Origin: Clostridia bacterium | GTDB taxonomy: Bacteria; Bacillota; Clostridia; Oscillospirales; CAG-272 | NCBI GenBank assembly: GCA_017453365.1 | Contig: JAFTKH010000017.1 | Coordinates: 515 to 64,514 of the forward strand | Length of the DNA: 64,000 bases | Reading direction: 5' to 3' | Part shown: in pieces, positions 9,110-20,200 of the stretch | Layout of the letters: each line of letters starts with the position of its first letter | How positions within the stretch are numbered: position 1 is the stretch's first letter | Program-made: the position numbers and the translations under genes | The notes under the pieces: model-generated | What the model was told of the DNA's origin: nothing | Databases searched by the model: none | What the model saw: the letters and a program-made list of their open reading frames with translations, nothing else

Positions 9110-10377
9110 ACTACGTATACGAGCATTCCGTGACTCTCGACGAGAGCAAATGTACGGGGTGTACTGCGTGTCTTAAGCACTGTCCGACCGAGGCGATACG
9201 CATTCGCGACGGCCACGCAAAGATAAATCCCGAACGATGCATCGACTGTGGAGAATGCATAAGAGTTTGCCCTCACAAGGCTAAACGCGCTCTTTCGAGC
9301 AAGCTTTCCTCCATGGAGAAATTCAAGTGGAAAATAGCGTTACCCGCTCCCACTCTCTACGGTCAGTTCGACAACCTTGATGACGTTGACTACGTTCTCG
9401 ACGGGCTGATAAAGCTCGGCTTCGACGAGGTATACGAGGTATCGAAGGCAGCGGAGCTTGTCTCCGCGTACACACGGCAGTATCTGAAGCTCGAGGGTGT
9501 CAAAAAACCCGCTATCAGCTCGGCCTGCCCCGTTGTTACACGTCTTATAGCTCTTCGTTTTCCCTCGCTCGCAGAACACATTATACATATGCTCCCACCT
9601 ATGGAGGTAGCGGCGAAGCTTGCGCGCACGCGTGCGCTCGAGGCTCATCCGGAGCTTTCGGCTTCGGATATAGGCGTATGCTTCATATCCCCCTGCCCTG
9701 CAAAGGCGAGCTACGTAAAGAACGGCTTCGCGACGTACAGGAGCGAGGTTGACGAGGTGGTGTCTATCAAGGACGTCTATTTTCAGCTCATCGGCATAAT
9801 GAGGAAGGATGACAAGATTGCCTCCCTCTCCGAGTCCGGAAGAATAGGCATAGGCTGGGCACGCTCGGGCGGTGAGGCAACCGCTATATTCAACGAGGAT
9901 TATCTTGCAGCTGACGGTATCGACAACGTTATACACGTACTCGACCAGGTAGAGAACGGCAATATTCCGCATCTTGAGTTTATTGAGCTCAACGCTTGCA
10001 CGGGCGGCTGTGTCGGGGGAGTTCTCACGATACAGAATCCCTTTATTGCAAAGGCAAGGCTTCAAGCTCTGCGTCGGTATATGCCGGTTTCAAAAAACGT
10101 ACTTTCAAAAGAAGAGCTAACATACATTCCGGACTATTATCTCTTCGATGACCTTCCGGAATACAATCCGATATCAAGACTGTCCGACAACATAGCGAAA
10201 TCTATGCGAATGATGGCGGACATACAAAATCTAAAAGCTGAACTGCCGGGTATAGACTGCGGCTCTTGCGGAGCGCCTAATTGCCGCGCCTTCGCCGAGG
10301 ACGTAGTCAAATCTCTGGCTTGCCCCGAGGATTGTCCAATCAAGACACTGTGGGAAATAAAGGAAGGAGATAAGTGA
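9106..10377 (+). CDS. Group D-like putative sensory [FeFe]-hydrogenase with 2x[4Fe-4S] and a C-terminal FeS domain
   Basis: Two CxxCxxCxxxCP motifs; ISSACP, SPCPAK, ELNACTGGCVGG; C-terminal LPGIDCGSCGAPNC. Confidence 0.8.
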   Translation: MNYVYEHSVTLDESKCTGCTACLKHCPTEAIRIRDGHAKINPERCIDCGECIRVCPHKAKRALSSKLSSMEKFKWKIALPAPTLYGQFDNLDDVDYVLDGLIKLGFDEVYEVSKAAELVSAYTRQYLKLEGVKKPAISSACPVVTRLIALRFPSLAEHIIHMLPPMEVAAKLARTRALEAHPELSASDIGVCFISPCPAKASYVKNGFATYRSEVDEVVSIKDVYFQLIGIMRKDDKIASLSESGRIGIGWARSGGEATAIFNEDYLAADGIDNVIHVLDQVENGNIPHLEFIELNACTGGCVGGVLTIQNPFIAKARLQALRRYMPVSKNVLSKEELTYIPDYYLFDDLPEYNPISRLSDNIAKSMRMMADIQNLKAELPGIDCGSCGAPNCRAFAEDVVKSLACPEDCPIKTLWEIKEGDK

Positions 10378-10706
10378 TGACGGTACGCGAGCTTGCATCT
10401 CACCCCGACTTTTCTCCTATCGCGATGCCAAATCCCGACCGCGAGGTAAAGGGCGCTTACATAGGCGACCTTTTAAGCTGGGTTATGGGACGGGCCAAGG
10501 CGGACACACTCTGGCTTACCATCATGTCGAACGTGAATGTCCTCGCTGTAGCATCGCTTGCCGACGTTTCTGCGGTCATACTGACCGAGGGTGTTACTCC
10601 GGAGAGTGACATCATAACAGCGGCTTCTGAAAAGGGTATCAACCTTATTTCCACCTCTCTTCCCTCCTACGGTGCAGCAAGGGTGTTGGTGGCGCTTGGA
10701 TTATGA
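10374..10706 (+). CDS. DRTGG domain protein
   Basis: GDLLSWVM, WLTIMSNVN.LAVA motifs. Confidence 0.75.
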   Translation: MMTVRELASHPDFSPIAMPNPDREVKGAYIGDLLSWVMGRAKADTLWLTIMSNVNVLAVASLADVSAVILTEGVTPESDIITAASEKGINLISTSLPSYGAARVLVALGL

Positions 10707-11434
10707 GAGAGTATAAATACGACCTTCACATACATTCCGCGCTTTCCCCCTGTGGGGACAACGACAACACTCCCGGCAATATTGCGGGTATGGCTCATAT
10801 ATCGGAGCTCGACATCGTAGCTCTTACCGACCATAACACCTGCAAAAACTGTCCTGCCTTTTTCGAGGCGGCAGAGAGCTTTGGCATCATACCTATAGCG
10901 GGTATGGAGCTGACTACTAGCGAAGATATACACGTGGTATGCCTTTTTGAGGAGCTCTCCTATGCTCTTGATTTTGAGCGTGAGCTCTCACGCTTCCGTG
11001 TGCTTATAAAAAACCGAACGGATATTTTCGGCGAGCAGCTGATATTCGATAGTGAGGATAACGTCGTAGGATATGAAGAGCACCTGCTCACAAATGCTAC
11101 CACGCTGTCTGTAGAGGACGTGCCCAAGCTTGTTTCTCGCTTCGGCGGTGTATGCTATCCCGCACATATTGATAAAGATGCGAACGGCATTATTGCCGTG
11201 CTGGGTACTCTGCCAGAAACACCGATATTCACTGCGGTTGAGCTACACGACCTAAAGAGGCTAGACGAGTATAACGAAAAATACTCTCTACGCGGAAAAT
11301 TCGTACTAACGGGCTCCGACGCTCACTATCTCGAGAACGTCGGCGACTGCTTTGGCACGGTGATGCTGGAGGCTGACAAGTCAGACCCATCCTCTGTGCG
11401 GCGCGAATTTCTTCGCAGGATTGGTGGCTTATGA
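10703..11434 (+). CDS. PHP-domain phosphoesterase
   Basis: DLHIHS, LTDHN, GMELTT.EDIH, PAHID, SDAH. Confidence 0.85.
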   Translation: MREYKYDLHIHSALSPCGDNDNTPGNIAGMAHISELDIVALTDHNTCKNCPAFFEAAESFGIIPIAGMELTTSEDIHVVCLFEELSYALDFERELSRFRVLIKNRTDIFGEQLIFDSEDNVVGYEEHLLTNATTLSVEDVPKLVSRFGGVCYPAHIDKDANGIIAVLGTLPETPIFTAVELHDLKRLDEYNEKYSLRGKFVLTGSDAHYLENVGDCFGTVMLEADKSDPSSVRREFLRRIGGL

Positions 11435-11982
11435 AGGAATTATCACTGAATATTCTCGATATAGCCGAGAATTCGGTAAAGGCGGGCGCATCCCTTACCG
11501 AAATAATATTAAATGAAGAGAGCGACACTCTTACTATGACTGTAAGGGACAACGGCTCGGGAATGTCTGAGGAAACCCTTCGCTCGGTTACCGACCCGTT
11601 TTACACGACGAGGACGACGAGAAAGGTCGGGCTTGGCATTCCGCTTCTCAAGCTCGCTTGCGAGCAGACGGGCGGCACACTCACCATAACCTCGCGGCTT
11701 ATGACTGCTTCCCTGCCGGGAGAAACGACGGTTACGGCTATCTTCAATACGGCGCACATTGATGCGACACCGCTCGGGGACGTTATCTCGACGGTGGTAA
11801 CGCTCATTCAAGGGCATCCCAACAGAGACTTTTACTTTCTGCACAAGAAGGGGTCTCATACGGTCGAGCTTGATACCCGTGCTCTTCGCGAGGTGCTAGA
11901 GGACGTACCTCTATCGACGCCGGACGTGCTCGTGTGGGTACGTGAAAATCTCGAGGAGCAATACAAGGAGTTTATTATTTAA
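11431..11982 (+). CDS. Histidine-kinase-like ATPase (HATPase_c only)
   Basis: LDIAENS, DNGSGM, DPFYTTR, GLGIPL. Confidence 0.85.
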   Translation: MKELSLNILDIAENSVKAGASLTEIILNEESDTLTMTVRDNGSGMSEETLRSVTDPFYTTRTTRKVGLGIPLLKLACEQTGGTLTITSRLMTASLPGETTVTAIFNTAHIDATPLGDVISTVVTLIQGHPNRDFYFLHKKGSHTVELDTRALREVLEDVPLSTPDVLVWVRENLEEQYKEFII

Positions 11983-12010
11983 TAAAATTATATATGAAAG
12001 GACACAGAAA

Positions 12011-12376
12011 ATGAAATCTTTGGCTGAATTAAAGGCAATCAAAGACAGAATGAAGGACAAGGTTATCCTTCGCGAGGGCTCGGGTGACGTCCGTGTCGTA
12101 GTCGGCATGGCAACCTGCGGTATTGCAGCAGGCGCGCGTCCCGTCCTTAACGCATTCGTGGAGGGAGTAACCGCAGCGAAGCTTACCGACAAGGTAACGG
12201 TTTCGCAGACAGGCTGTATAGGCCTCTGCCAGCTTGAACCCATTGTTGAGGTTCACGAGGCAGGCAAGGAGAAGGTCACCTACGTTAAGATGACCCCCGA
12301 GAAGGTAGAGACAGTTATTGAAAAGCATCTTAAAAACGGCAAGGTAGTAACCGAGTTTACTGTTGCCGATGTATAA
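12011..12376 (+). CDS. Thioredoxin-like [2Fe-2S] ferredoxin subunit (HydD/HndB)
   Basis: GMATCGIAAGA, TGCIGLCQLEP. Confidence 0.85.
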   Translation: MKSLAELKAIKDRMKDKVILREGSGDVRVVVGMATCGIAAGARPVLNAFVEGVTAAKLTDKVTVSQTGCIGLCQLEPIVEVHEAGKEKVTYVKMTPEKVETVIEKHLKNGKVVTEFTVADV

Positions 12377-12392
12377 AATTTGGAGGTAAGTT

Positions 12393-14213
12393 ATGATTCG
12401 TGCACATGTTTTGATTTGTGGCGGTACAGGCTGTACCTCGTCGGGCAGTAAGGCAGTCCAAGATGCGTTCGCGGAGAATATCAAGGCTTTCGGTCTTGAG
12501 GAAGAGGTTAAGCTCGTTCAGACGGGCTGCTTCGGTCTTTGTGCGCTCGGCCCTGTCGTTATCGTTTATCCCGACGGTACATTCTACAGCCGTGTAACCC
12601 CCGAGGACGTTAAGGAGATAGTTTCCGAGCATCTTTTTAAGGGTAGAGTTGTCGAGCATCTTGTTTACGCCGACACCGGAGCCGAAGAGGTAGTTGATAA
12701 GGCCAGCGTATCTCTCGGCGATACCGCATTCTATAAGTCCCAGAAGCGTATAGTTCTTCGTAACTGCGGCGTTATCGACCCCGATAGCATTGATGAATAC
12801 ATCGCTATGGACGGTTACGCAGCACTCGGTAAGGTACTCACAGAGATGACCCCCGAGGACGTTATCAAGGTGGTTTCCGATTCCGGTCTTCGCGGACGCG
12901 GAGGCGGCGGCTTCCCTACCGGACGCAAGTGGGCTCTTTGCGCACCCAACAAGGCTCCCCAGAAATACGTTGTATGTAACGCCGACGAGGGCGACCCCGG
13001 TGCGTTTATGGACCGTTCCATCCTCGAGGGCGACCCTCATTCCGTTATCGAGGCTATGGCTATCTGCGGTTACGCAGTAGGCGCAACCCAGGGTTACGTT
13101 TACGTTCGTGCGGAGTACCCCATCGCGGTTACCCGTCTTCAGAACGCTATCGCACAGGCTCGTGAATACGGTCTTCTCGGTAAAAATATCTTTGGCTCGG
13201 GCTTCGATTTCGAGCTTGACATCAGACTTGGCGCGGGCGCGTTCGTCTGCGGCGAGGAGACCGCTCTTATGACCTCTATAGAGGGCAACCGCGGTGAGCC
13301 CCGTCCCCGTCCTCCGTACCCTGCTGTTAAGGGTCTTTACAACTCTCCCACCGTTGAGAACAACGTTGAGACCTTCGCTAACATTCCCCAGATAATCCTC
13401 AACGGCGTTGAGTGGTTCACCTCTATGGGTACCGAGAAATCAAAGGGTACGAAGGTATTCGCGCTCGGCGGCAAGATTGAGCACACCGGACTTGTTGAGA
13501 TTCCTATGGGTACTACCCTTCGTGAGATAATCTACGACATCGGCGGCGGTATCCCCGGCGGCAAGAAGTTCAAGGCTGCACAGACAGGCGGTCCTTCCGG
13601 CGGATGTATCCCCGCAGAGCTTATTGACACCGAGGTTGACTACGACAACCTTGTTTCCATCGGCTGTATGATGGGTTCGGGCGGTCTTATCGTTATGGAC
13701 GAGGACACCTGTATGGTCGATATGGCGAAGTTCTTCCTTGAGTTCACGGTTGACGAGTCGTGCGGTAAGTGCACTCCCTGCCGTGTTGGTACGAAGCGCC
13801 TTCTCGAGCTCCTTGACAAGATTACCGACGGCAAGGGTACGCTTGAGGATATAGACAGACTTGAGGAGCTCTGCAACTACATAAAGCAGAATTCTCTTTG
13901 CGGTCTCGGACAGACTGCACCCAACCCCGTTCTCGCTACACTTCATTTCTTCCGCGACGAGTATATTGCTCACGTTGTGGACAAGAAGTGTCCTGCAGGA
14001 GTATGTAAGAGTCTTCTTTCCTTCTCCATTGACCAGGATAAGTGTATCGGCTGCGGCAAGTGTGCAAAGAACTGCCCTGTTGACGCTATAGCAAAAACAG
14101 ATTATGTAGCACCCGGACACAAGCTTCCCTCTTACGCTATTGATACGGTTAAGTGTATCAAGTGCGGCGCTTGTATGGCAGGTTGTAAGTTCGGCGCTAT
14201 TTCGAAGAAGTGA
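12393..14213 (+). CDS. NuoF-like FMN/NAD-binding subunit of the bifurcating hydrogenase (HydB/HndC)
   Basis: GRGGGGFP, NADEGDPGAFMDR, GAGAFVCGEETAL, ESCGKCTPCR, C-terminal 2x[4Fe-4S]. Confidence 0.95.
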   Translation: MIRAHVLICGGTGCTSSGSKAVQDAFAENIKAFGLEEEVKLVQTGCFGLCALGPVVIVYPDGTFYSRVTPEDVKEIVSEHLFKGRVVEHLVYADTGAEEVVDKASVSLGDTAFYKSQKRIVLRNCGVIDPDSIDEYIAMDGYAALGKVLTEMTPEDVIKVVSDSGLRGRGGGGFPTGRKWALCAPNKAPQKYVVCNADEGDPGAFMDRSILEGDPHSVIEAMAICGYAVGATQGYVYVRAEYPIAVTRLQNAIAQAREYGLLGKNIFGSGFDFELDIRLGAGAFVCGEETALMTSIEGNRGEPRPRPPYPAVKGLYNSPTVENNVETFANIPQIILNGVEWFTSMGTEKSKGTKVFALGGKIEHTGLVEIPMGTTLREIIYDIGGGIPGGKKFKAAQTGGPSGGCIPAELIDTEVDYDNLVSIGCMMGSGGLIVMDEDTCMVDMAKFFLEFTVDESCGKCTPCRVGTKRLLELLDKITDGKGTLEDIDRLEELCNYIKQNSLCGLGQTAPNPVLATLHFFRDEYIAHVVDKKCPAGVCKSLLSFSIDQDKCIGCGKCAKNCPVDAIAKTDYVAPGHKLPSYAIDTVKCIKCGACMAGCKFGAISKK

Positions 14214-14231
14214 TGAAAGGAGTGCGCTGAT

Positions 14232-15983
14232 ATGGAAATGTTAAATGTTAAAGTTAACGGTATTGCTGTCTCTGTACCGAAGGGCGCAACCATTCTTGAG
14301 GCTGCCCGTGCGGCAGGTGTGGAAATCCCCACCCTCTGCTTTATGAAAGAAAAGAACGAGATAGGTGCGTGCCGTATTTGTGTAGTTGAGGCTACCGGTG
14401 CACGCGGACTCGTAACTGCGTGCGTATATCCCGTGACCGAAGGAATGGAGATTCAGACGAATACTCCCAAGGTACGCGCTGCACGCAAGACCACCCTTGA
14501 GCTTATTCTCTCTACCCACGACAAGAACTGTCTCTCCTGCTCGAGGTCTACTAACTGCGAGCTTCAGAAGCTCTGCCTTGAGTACGGTGTTGACTCGAAG
14601 GCTTTCGAGGGCTTTAAGCCCGCCTATGAGCTCGACTATTCTACTCCCCACCTCGTCAGAGACAACAACAAGTGTATACTCTGCCGTAGATGTGTAGCGG
14701 TTTGTAACGAGCAGTACGTATCGGTAATCGGTGCTAATAACAGAGGTATTGATACCTGCATCGGCCAGCCCTTCAATATGACCCTTGGCGAGACCCCCTG
14801 TATCTCCTGCGGTCAGTGTACCGCAGTATGTCCCACCGCAGCTCTCGTTGAGCGCGACGACACCGACAAGGTTTGGGCAGCTCTTGCAGACCCGACGAAG
14901 CACGTTGTGGTACAGACTGCACCTTCTATAAGAGCTACTCTCGGTGAGTGCTTCGATATGCCTATCGGCACGAACGTTGAGGGCAAGATGGTTGCGGCTC
15001 TTCGCCGTCTCGGATTCGAGAAGGTATTTGATACCAACACTGCGGCTGACTTCACCATCGTTGAGGAGGCTACAGAGCTTCTTGAGCGTGTAAAGTGTGG
15101 CGGTACTCTTCCTATGATTACCTCCTGCTCGCCCGGATGGGTTAAGTTCTGCGAGTACTACTACCCCGATATGATAGACCACCTTTCCTCTTGTAAGTCC
15201 CCCCAGCAGATGGGCGGAGCGCTTATCAAGACCTATTGGGCTGAAAAGATGGGATATGACCCGAAGGATATCTTCGTAGTTTCTATTATGCCCTGTACCG
15301 CGAAGAAATTCGAGGTAGGCAGAGATGATATGTCTGCCGCAGGCAACGGAATTGCTGACGTTGACGTAGCACTCACAACTCGTGAGCTCGCAAGAATGAT
15401 TGGCAGAGCCGGACTTAAGTTCACTGCTCTTCCCGACGAGGAGTTCGACTGTGCTCTCGGTGTTGACACCGGTGCGGCTGTTATCTTCGGTGCAACGGGC
15501 GGCGTTATGGAGGCAGCGCTCCGTACCGCTAACGACGTTCTTACCGGCAAGGATAACAAGGAGATTGATTTCCACGAGGTAAGAGGTACAGAGGGACTCA
15601 AGGAGGCTACCTACAACATCGCAGGTAAGGAAATAAAGGTTGCTGTCGCATCGGGCGCTGCTAATGCAAAGCTCGTTATGGACAAGATTAAGTCCGGCGA
15701 AGCAGACTGGACATTTGTTGAGATAATGGGTTGTCCCGGCGGCTGCGTAAACGGCGGCGGTCAGCCTATCCAGCCTCAGCACGTAAGAGATACCGTAGAC
15801 CTCAAGGCTGTAAGGGCAAAGGCTCTCTATGACCAAGACCGTGCTATGGAGCTTCGTAAGTCTCATAACAACCCCATAATTAAGGAAGTTTACGACAACT
15901 ACTTTAAGGGTGGATACGGTTGCCATGCGGCTCACCACGCGCTTCACACCTCCTACGTTGCAAGGAAAAAGTTCGATATCTGA
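14232..15983 (+). CDS. hydA: [FeFe]-hydrogenase catalytic subunit, group A3 (HydA/HndD)
   Basis: N-terminal 2Fe-2S and 4Fe-4S motifs; H-cluster motifs TSCSPGW, MPCTAKKFE, EIMGCPGGCVNGGGQP. Confidence 0.95.
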   Translation: MEMLNVKVNGIAVSVPKGATILEAARAAGVEIPTLCFMKEKNEIGACRICVVEATGARGLVTACVYPVTEGMEIQTNTPKVRAARKTTLELILSTHDKNCLSCSRSTNCELQKLCLEYGVDSKAFEGFKPAYELDYSTPHLVRDNNKCILCRRCVAVCNEQYVSVIGANNRGIDTCIGQPFNMTLGETPCISCGQCTAVCPTAALVERDDTDKVWAALADPTKHVVVQTAPSIRATLGECFDMPIGTNVEGKMVAALRRLGFEKVFDTNTAADFTIVEEATELLERVKCGGTLPMITSCSPGWVKFCEYYYPDMIDHLSSCKSPQQMGGALIKTYWAEKMGYDPKDIFVVSIMPCTAKKFEVGRDDMSAAGNGIADVDVALTTRELARMIGRAGLKFTALPDEEFDCALGVDTGAAVIFGATGGVMEAALRTANDVLTGKDNKEIDFHEVRGTEGLKEATYNIAGKEIKVAVASGAANAKLVMDKIKSGEADWTFVEIMGCPGGCVNGGGQPIQPQHVRDTVDLKAVRAKALYDQDRAMELRKSHNNPIIKEVYDNYFKGGYGCHAAHHALHTSYVARKKFDI

Positions 15984-15997
15984 TAAGAATCCAAAGG

Positions 15998-16027
15998 AAC
16001 GAGCCCTGTTGATTGACAGGGCTCGTT
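15998..16027. terminator. Bidirectional terminator between convergent genes
   Basis: aacgagccctgt-tgattg-acagggctcgtt, 12-bp stem. Confidence 0.8.
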
Positions 16028-16045
16028 TAATATTATATAGAGAAT

Positions 16046-16633
16046 TTATTTCTTTCTTTTGTCGCTCTCGAGGAAATACGTTGCCTCACTGTCGGCAGTG
16101 GAGAGGGCAAATGCAAGCGGAAACATTTCAAAAGCAGCCGACACGTTTCTCGGGTCCTCGCGCTCCGAGGAATAGCCCATATGATAGCGTATGGCAAAGG
16201 CTTCCTCTCGCGTAAGTCGCATATATCCCGAGATTATGTAAACACTCTTCTCACCGTGGCCATAAGGAAGTTGGTCGTCAAACTCAAAGGTATCGACTCT
16301 CTGCCACATTCCCTTTTCATCCTTTACGTTCCTAAACCCCTTCTTGTATACGCCGACTTTACACAAGTCGTGAAGAAGTGCAACAATCGCAATAGATTCG
16401 TCGGTATAATCGAATCCGAAGCCCTTTGCTCGGTCGGAAGCGAGGTAGGAGACAAGACAATCGTAGACATTCAAGGAATGATCAAGAAGACCTCCCTCGT
16501 AGGAAGAATGAAATCTCGCACTCGCAGGAGCAACAAAGAAATCCGATGACATCAGATATTCGAGAAGCTTATCAGCACCATCCCTCTTTATCTTCGACGT
16601 GAATATCTCTATAAATCTTTCTTTATTAGTCAT
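16046..16633 (-). CDS. HD-superfamily hydrolase
   Basis: H..YEGGLLDHSLNV, LLHDLCK, GHGEKS, AIRYHMG. Confidence 0.85.
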   Translation of the reverse strand: MTNKERFIEIFTSKIKRDGADKLLEYLMSSDFFVAPASARFHSSYEGGLLDHSLNVYDCLVSYLASDRAKGFGFDYTDESIAIVALLHDLCKVGVYKKGFRNVKDEKGMWQRVDTFEFDDQLPYGHGEKSVYIISGYMRLTREEAFAIRYHMGYSSEREDPRNVSAAFEMFPLAFALSTADSEATYFLESDKRKK

Positions 16634-16761
16634 AATACACCTCAAACAAGCTTTATAACTCAATTATAGTATAAATAACAAAAAAAATCAAGAGTAACAA
16701 GCTTCTTTATTGAAAAACAGGTTAATTTGTGCTAAAATATAGTAAAACAAAAGGAGGGGTT

Positions 16762-17625
16762 ATGAAAAAATACACGTTTAAAGTCGAAGGTATTGCAGGT
16801 GCCATTAAGATACGCGACTTTTTGAAAAGGTGCGGCTTCTCAACCTCTCTTATTGCACAGGTAAAGGTGGGCGGTGTATTTATAAACGGTGAAAACGTTC
16901 ATATGCATGCAGAGGTCAAGGATGATGACCTAGTAGAGGTATTATGCCCGAAAGAGGAGAGCTCGGAAATCGGGAGTATAAATATCCCACTCGACATCGT
17001 CTACGAGGACGAAAACATTCTTGCGGTAAACAAGCCGCGAAATATGCCCGTGCATCCCTCGCGCGGTAATTCACTGCCAACCTTGGCAGAGTGCGTTATG
17101 GCGTACTATGGCGGAAAGTTTGTTTTTCGCGCTGTTAACCGTCTTGACCGTGATACATCCGGACTCGTCATAATTGCAAAGGACCCGCTCACTGCGGCGA
17201 TTATGTGCAGAGAAATAAAATGCGGTGACCTTAAGAAAAAATACACTGCACTACTCTCCCGCTCTCCCGATGTAAGAATAGGTGAAATCAACGCGCCTAT
17301 AGAGCGAGAAAATGAAGGGAATATGAAACGAGTCGTTAGAGAGCTCGGCAAACCTTCGTTTACAAAATACAAGGTCACAAAAATACTCGGCGATGGACGT
17401 GCAATAGCAGAAATCGAGCCTGTAACAGGCAGAACTCATCAGATTCGGGTTCATATGGCTTATATCGGCGCACCCCTTTATAACGATTTCCTATACGGGA
17501 AAAAGGTAGCAGACGGCACGTATTTTCTGCATTGTTCCGAGCTAAAATTCACTCATCCGACAAAAAAAGTGCCTGTCTTGCTAAAAGCCCCGTGCCCCTT
17601 CGCATCATTTTCTGCCAATAATTAA
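16762..17625 (+). CDS. RluA/RluD-family RNA pseudouridine synthase
   Basis: VNKPRNMPVHPS, NRLDRDTSG, TGRTHQIRVH. Confidence 0.9.
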   Translation: MKKYTFKVEGIAGAIKIRDFLKRCGFSTSLIAQVKVGGVFINGENVHMHAEVKDDDLVEVLCPKEESSEIGSINIPLDIVYEDENILAVNKPRNMPVHPSRGNSLPTLAECVMAYYGGKFVFRAVNRLDRDTSGLVIIAKDPLTAAIMCREIKCGDLKKKYTALLSRSPDVRIGEINAPIERENEGNMKRVVRELGKPSFTKYKVTKILGDGRAIAEIEPVTGRTHQIRVHMAYIGAPLYNDFLYGKKVADGTYFLHCSELKFTHPTKKVPVLLKAPCPFASFSANN

Positions 17626-17730
17626 ATAGCCATTTTTGATTATCGTCCTATTTATATTCTCTTCCAACCTGTACGGAACGGGGCTTCTATATCTATACCT
17701 TTAGCTACACACATTCATATTCTGAAAACG

Positions 17731-17765
17731 AAAAGGAGTACGGACGATTTGTTCGTACCCCTTTT
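17731..17765. terminator. Terminator-like hairpin
   Basis: aaaaggagtacggac...gttcgtacccctttt. Confidence 0.5.
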
Positions 17766-17834
17766 CACCCTTGCCCTGCTAGGTATAGTGTGTTATACTT
17801 TTTCGGGCGGTAGCGAGTCAGATTAAGTTTACCC

Positions 17835-17960
17835 ACATTGCCGAAGGCAAAACTTCACTATCCCTAGAATAGCTTCACTTACATAGGGGTTCCCGAAAGC
17901 ACGAGTAGCAAGCTTTTGGGGCCTCGTAGTAAAATTCACTTATCCGAATGGGCAACTTAT
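17835..17960. repeat. REP-like structured intergenic element
   Basis: ttgccgaaggcaa hairpin plus three copies of (c/a)ttcact(a/t) separated by short hairpins. Confidence 0.4.
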
Positions 17961-18012
17961 TCGAGCACCCAAATCCCAGGTCGCTCAAGGCTGCTTTTTT
18001 GTCTAATATACT

Positions 18013-20043
<2,031 letters not shown>

Positions 20044-20054
20044 TTATACACTAA

Positions 20055-20083
20055 TTTTAACACGCGCGCGACCTTTTGTCAAT
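20055..20083 (-). promoter_or_regulatory. Sigma-A promoter of ligA
   Basis: Minus strand TTGACA-17bp-TAAAAT. Confidence 0.7.
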
Positions 20084-20103
20084 TATTTTTACCGATAGTC
20101 CAT

Positions 20104-20134
20104 AAAAAAACCCTCGGTCGAAGACACCGAGGGT
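20104..20134 (-). terminator. Intrinsic terminator of the aminotransferase gene
   Basis: Minus strand accctcggt-loop-accgagggt followed by T-run. Confidence 0.75.
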
Positions 20135-20200
20135 GAGAGGCATAAGCCGAAAAGAACGGAATTTAATTAATACAAGCGTTATTTACGCGAACAAGCAAAA

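Noticed and set aside
14241-15947. 568-aa antisense ORF over hydA (also 21730-22998, 27489-28514, 48387-49796, 60279-61844, 25101-26063)
   Set aside because: Antisense shadows of well-supported genes caused by codon bias; no motifs or RBS.
17640-18010. CRISPR array
   Set aside because: The repeated motif is only 6-8 bp with irregular spacing, and there are no cas genes.
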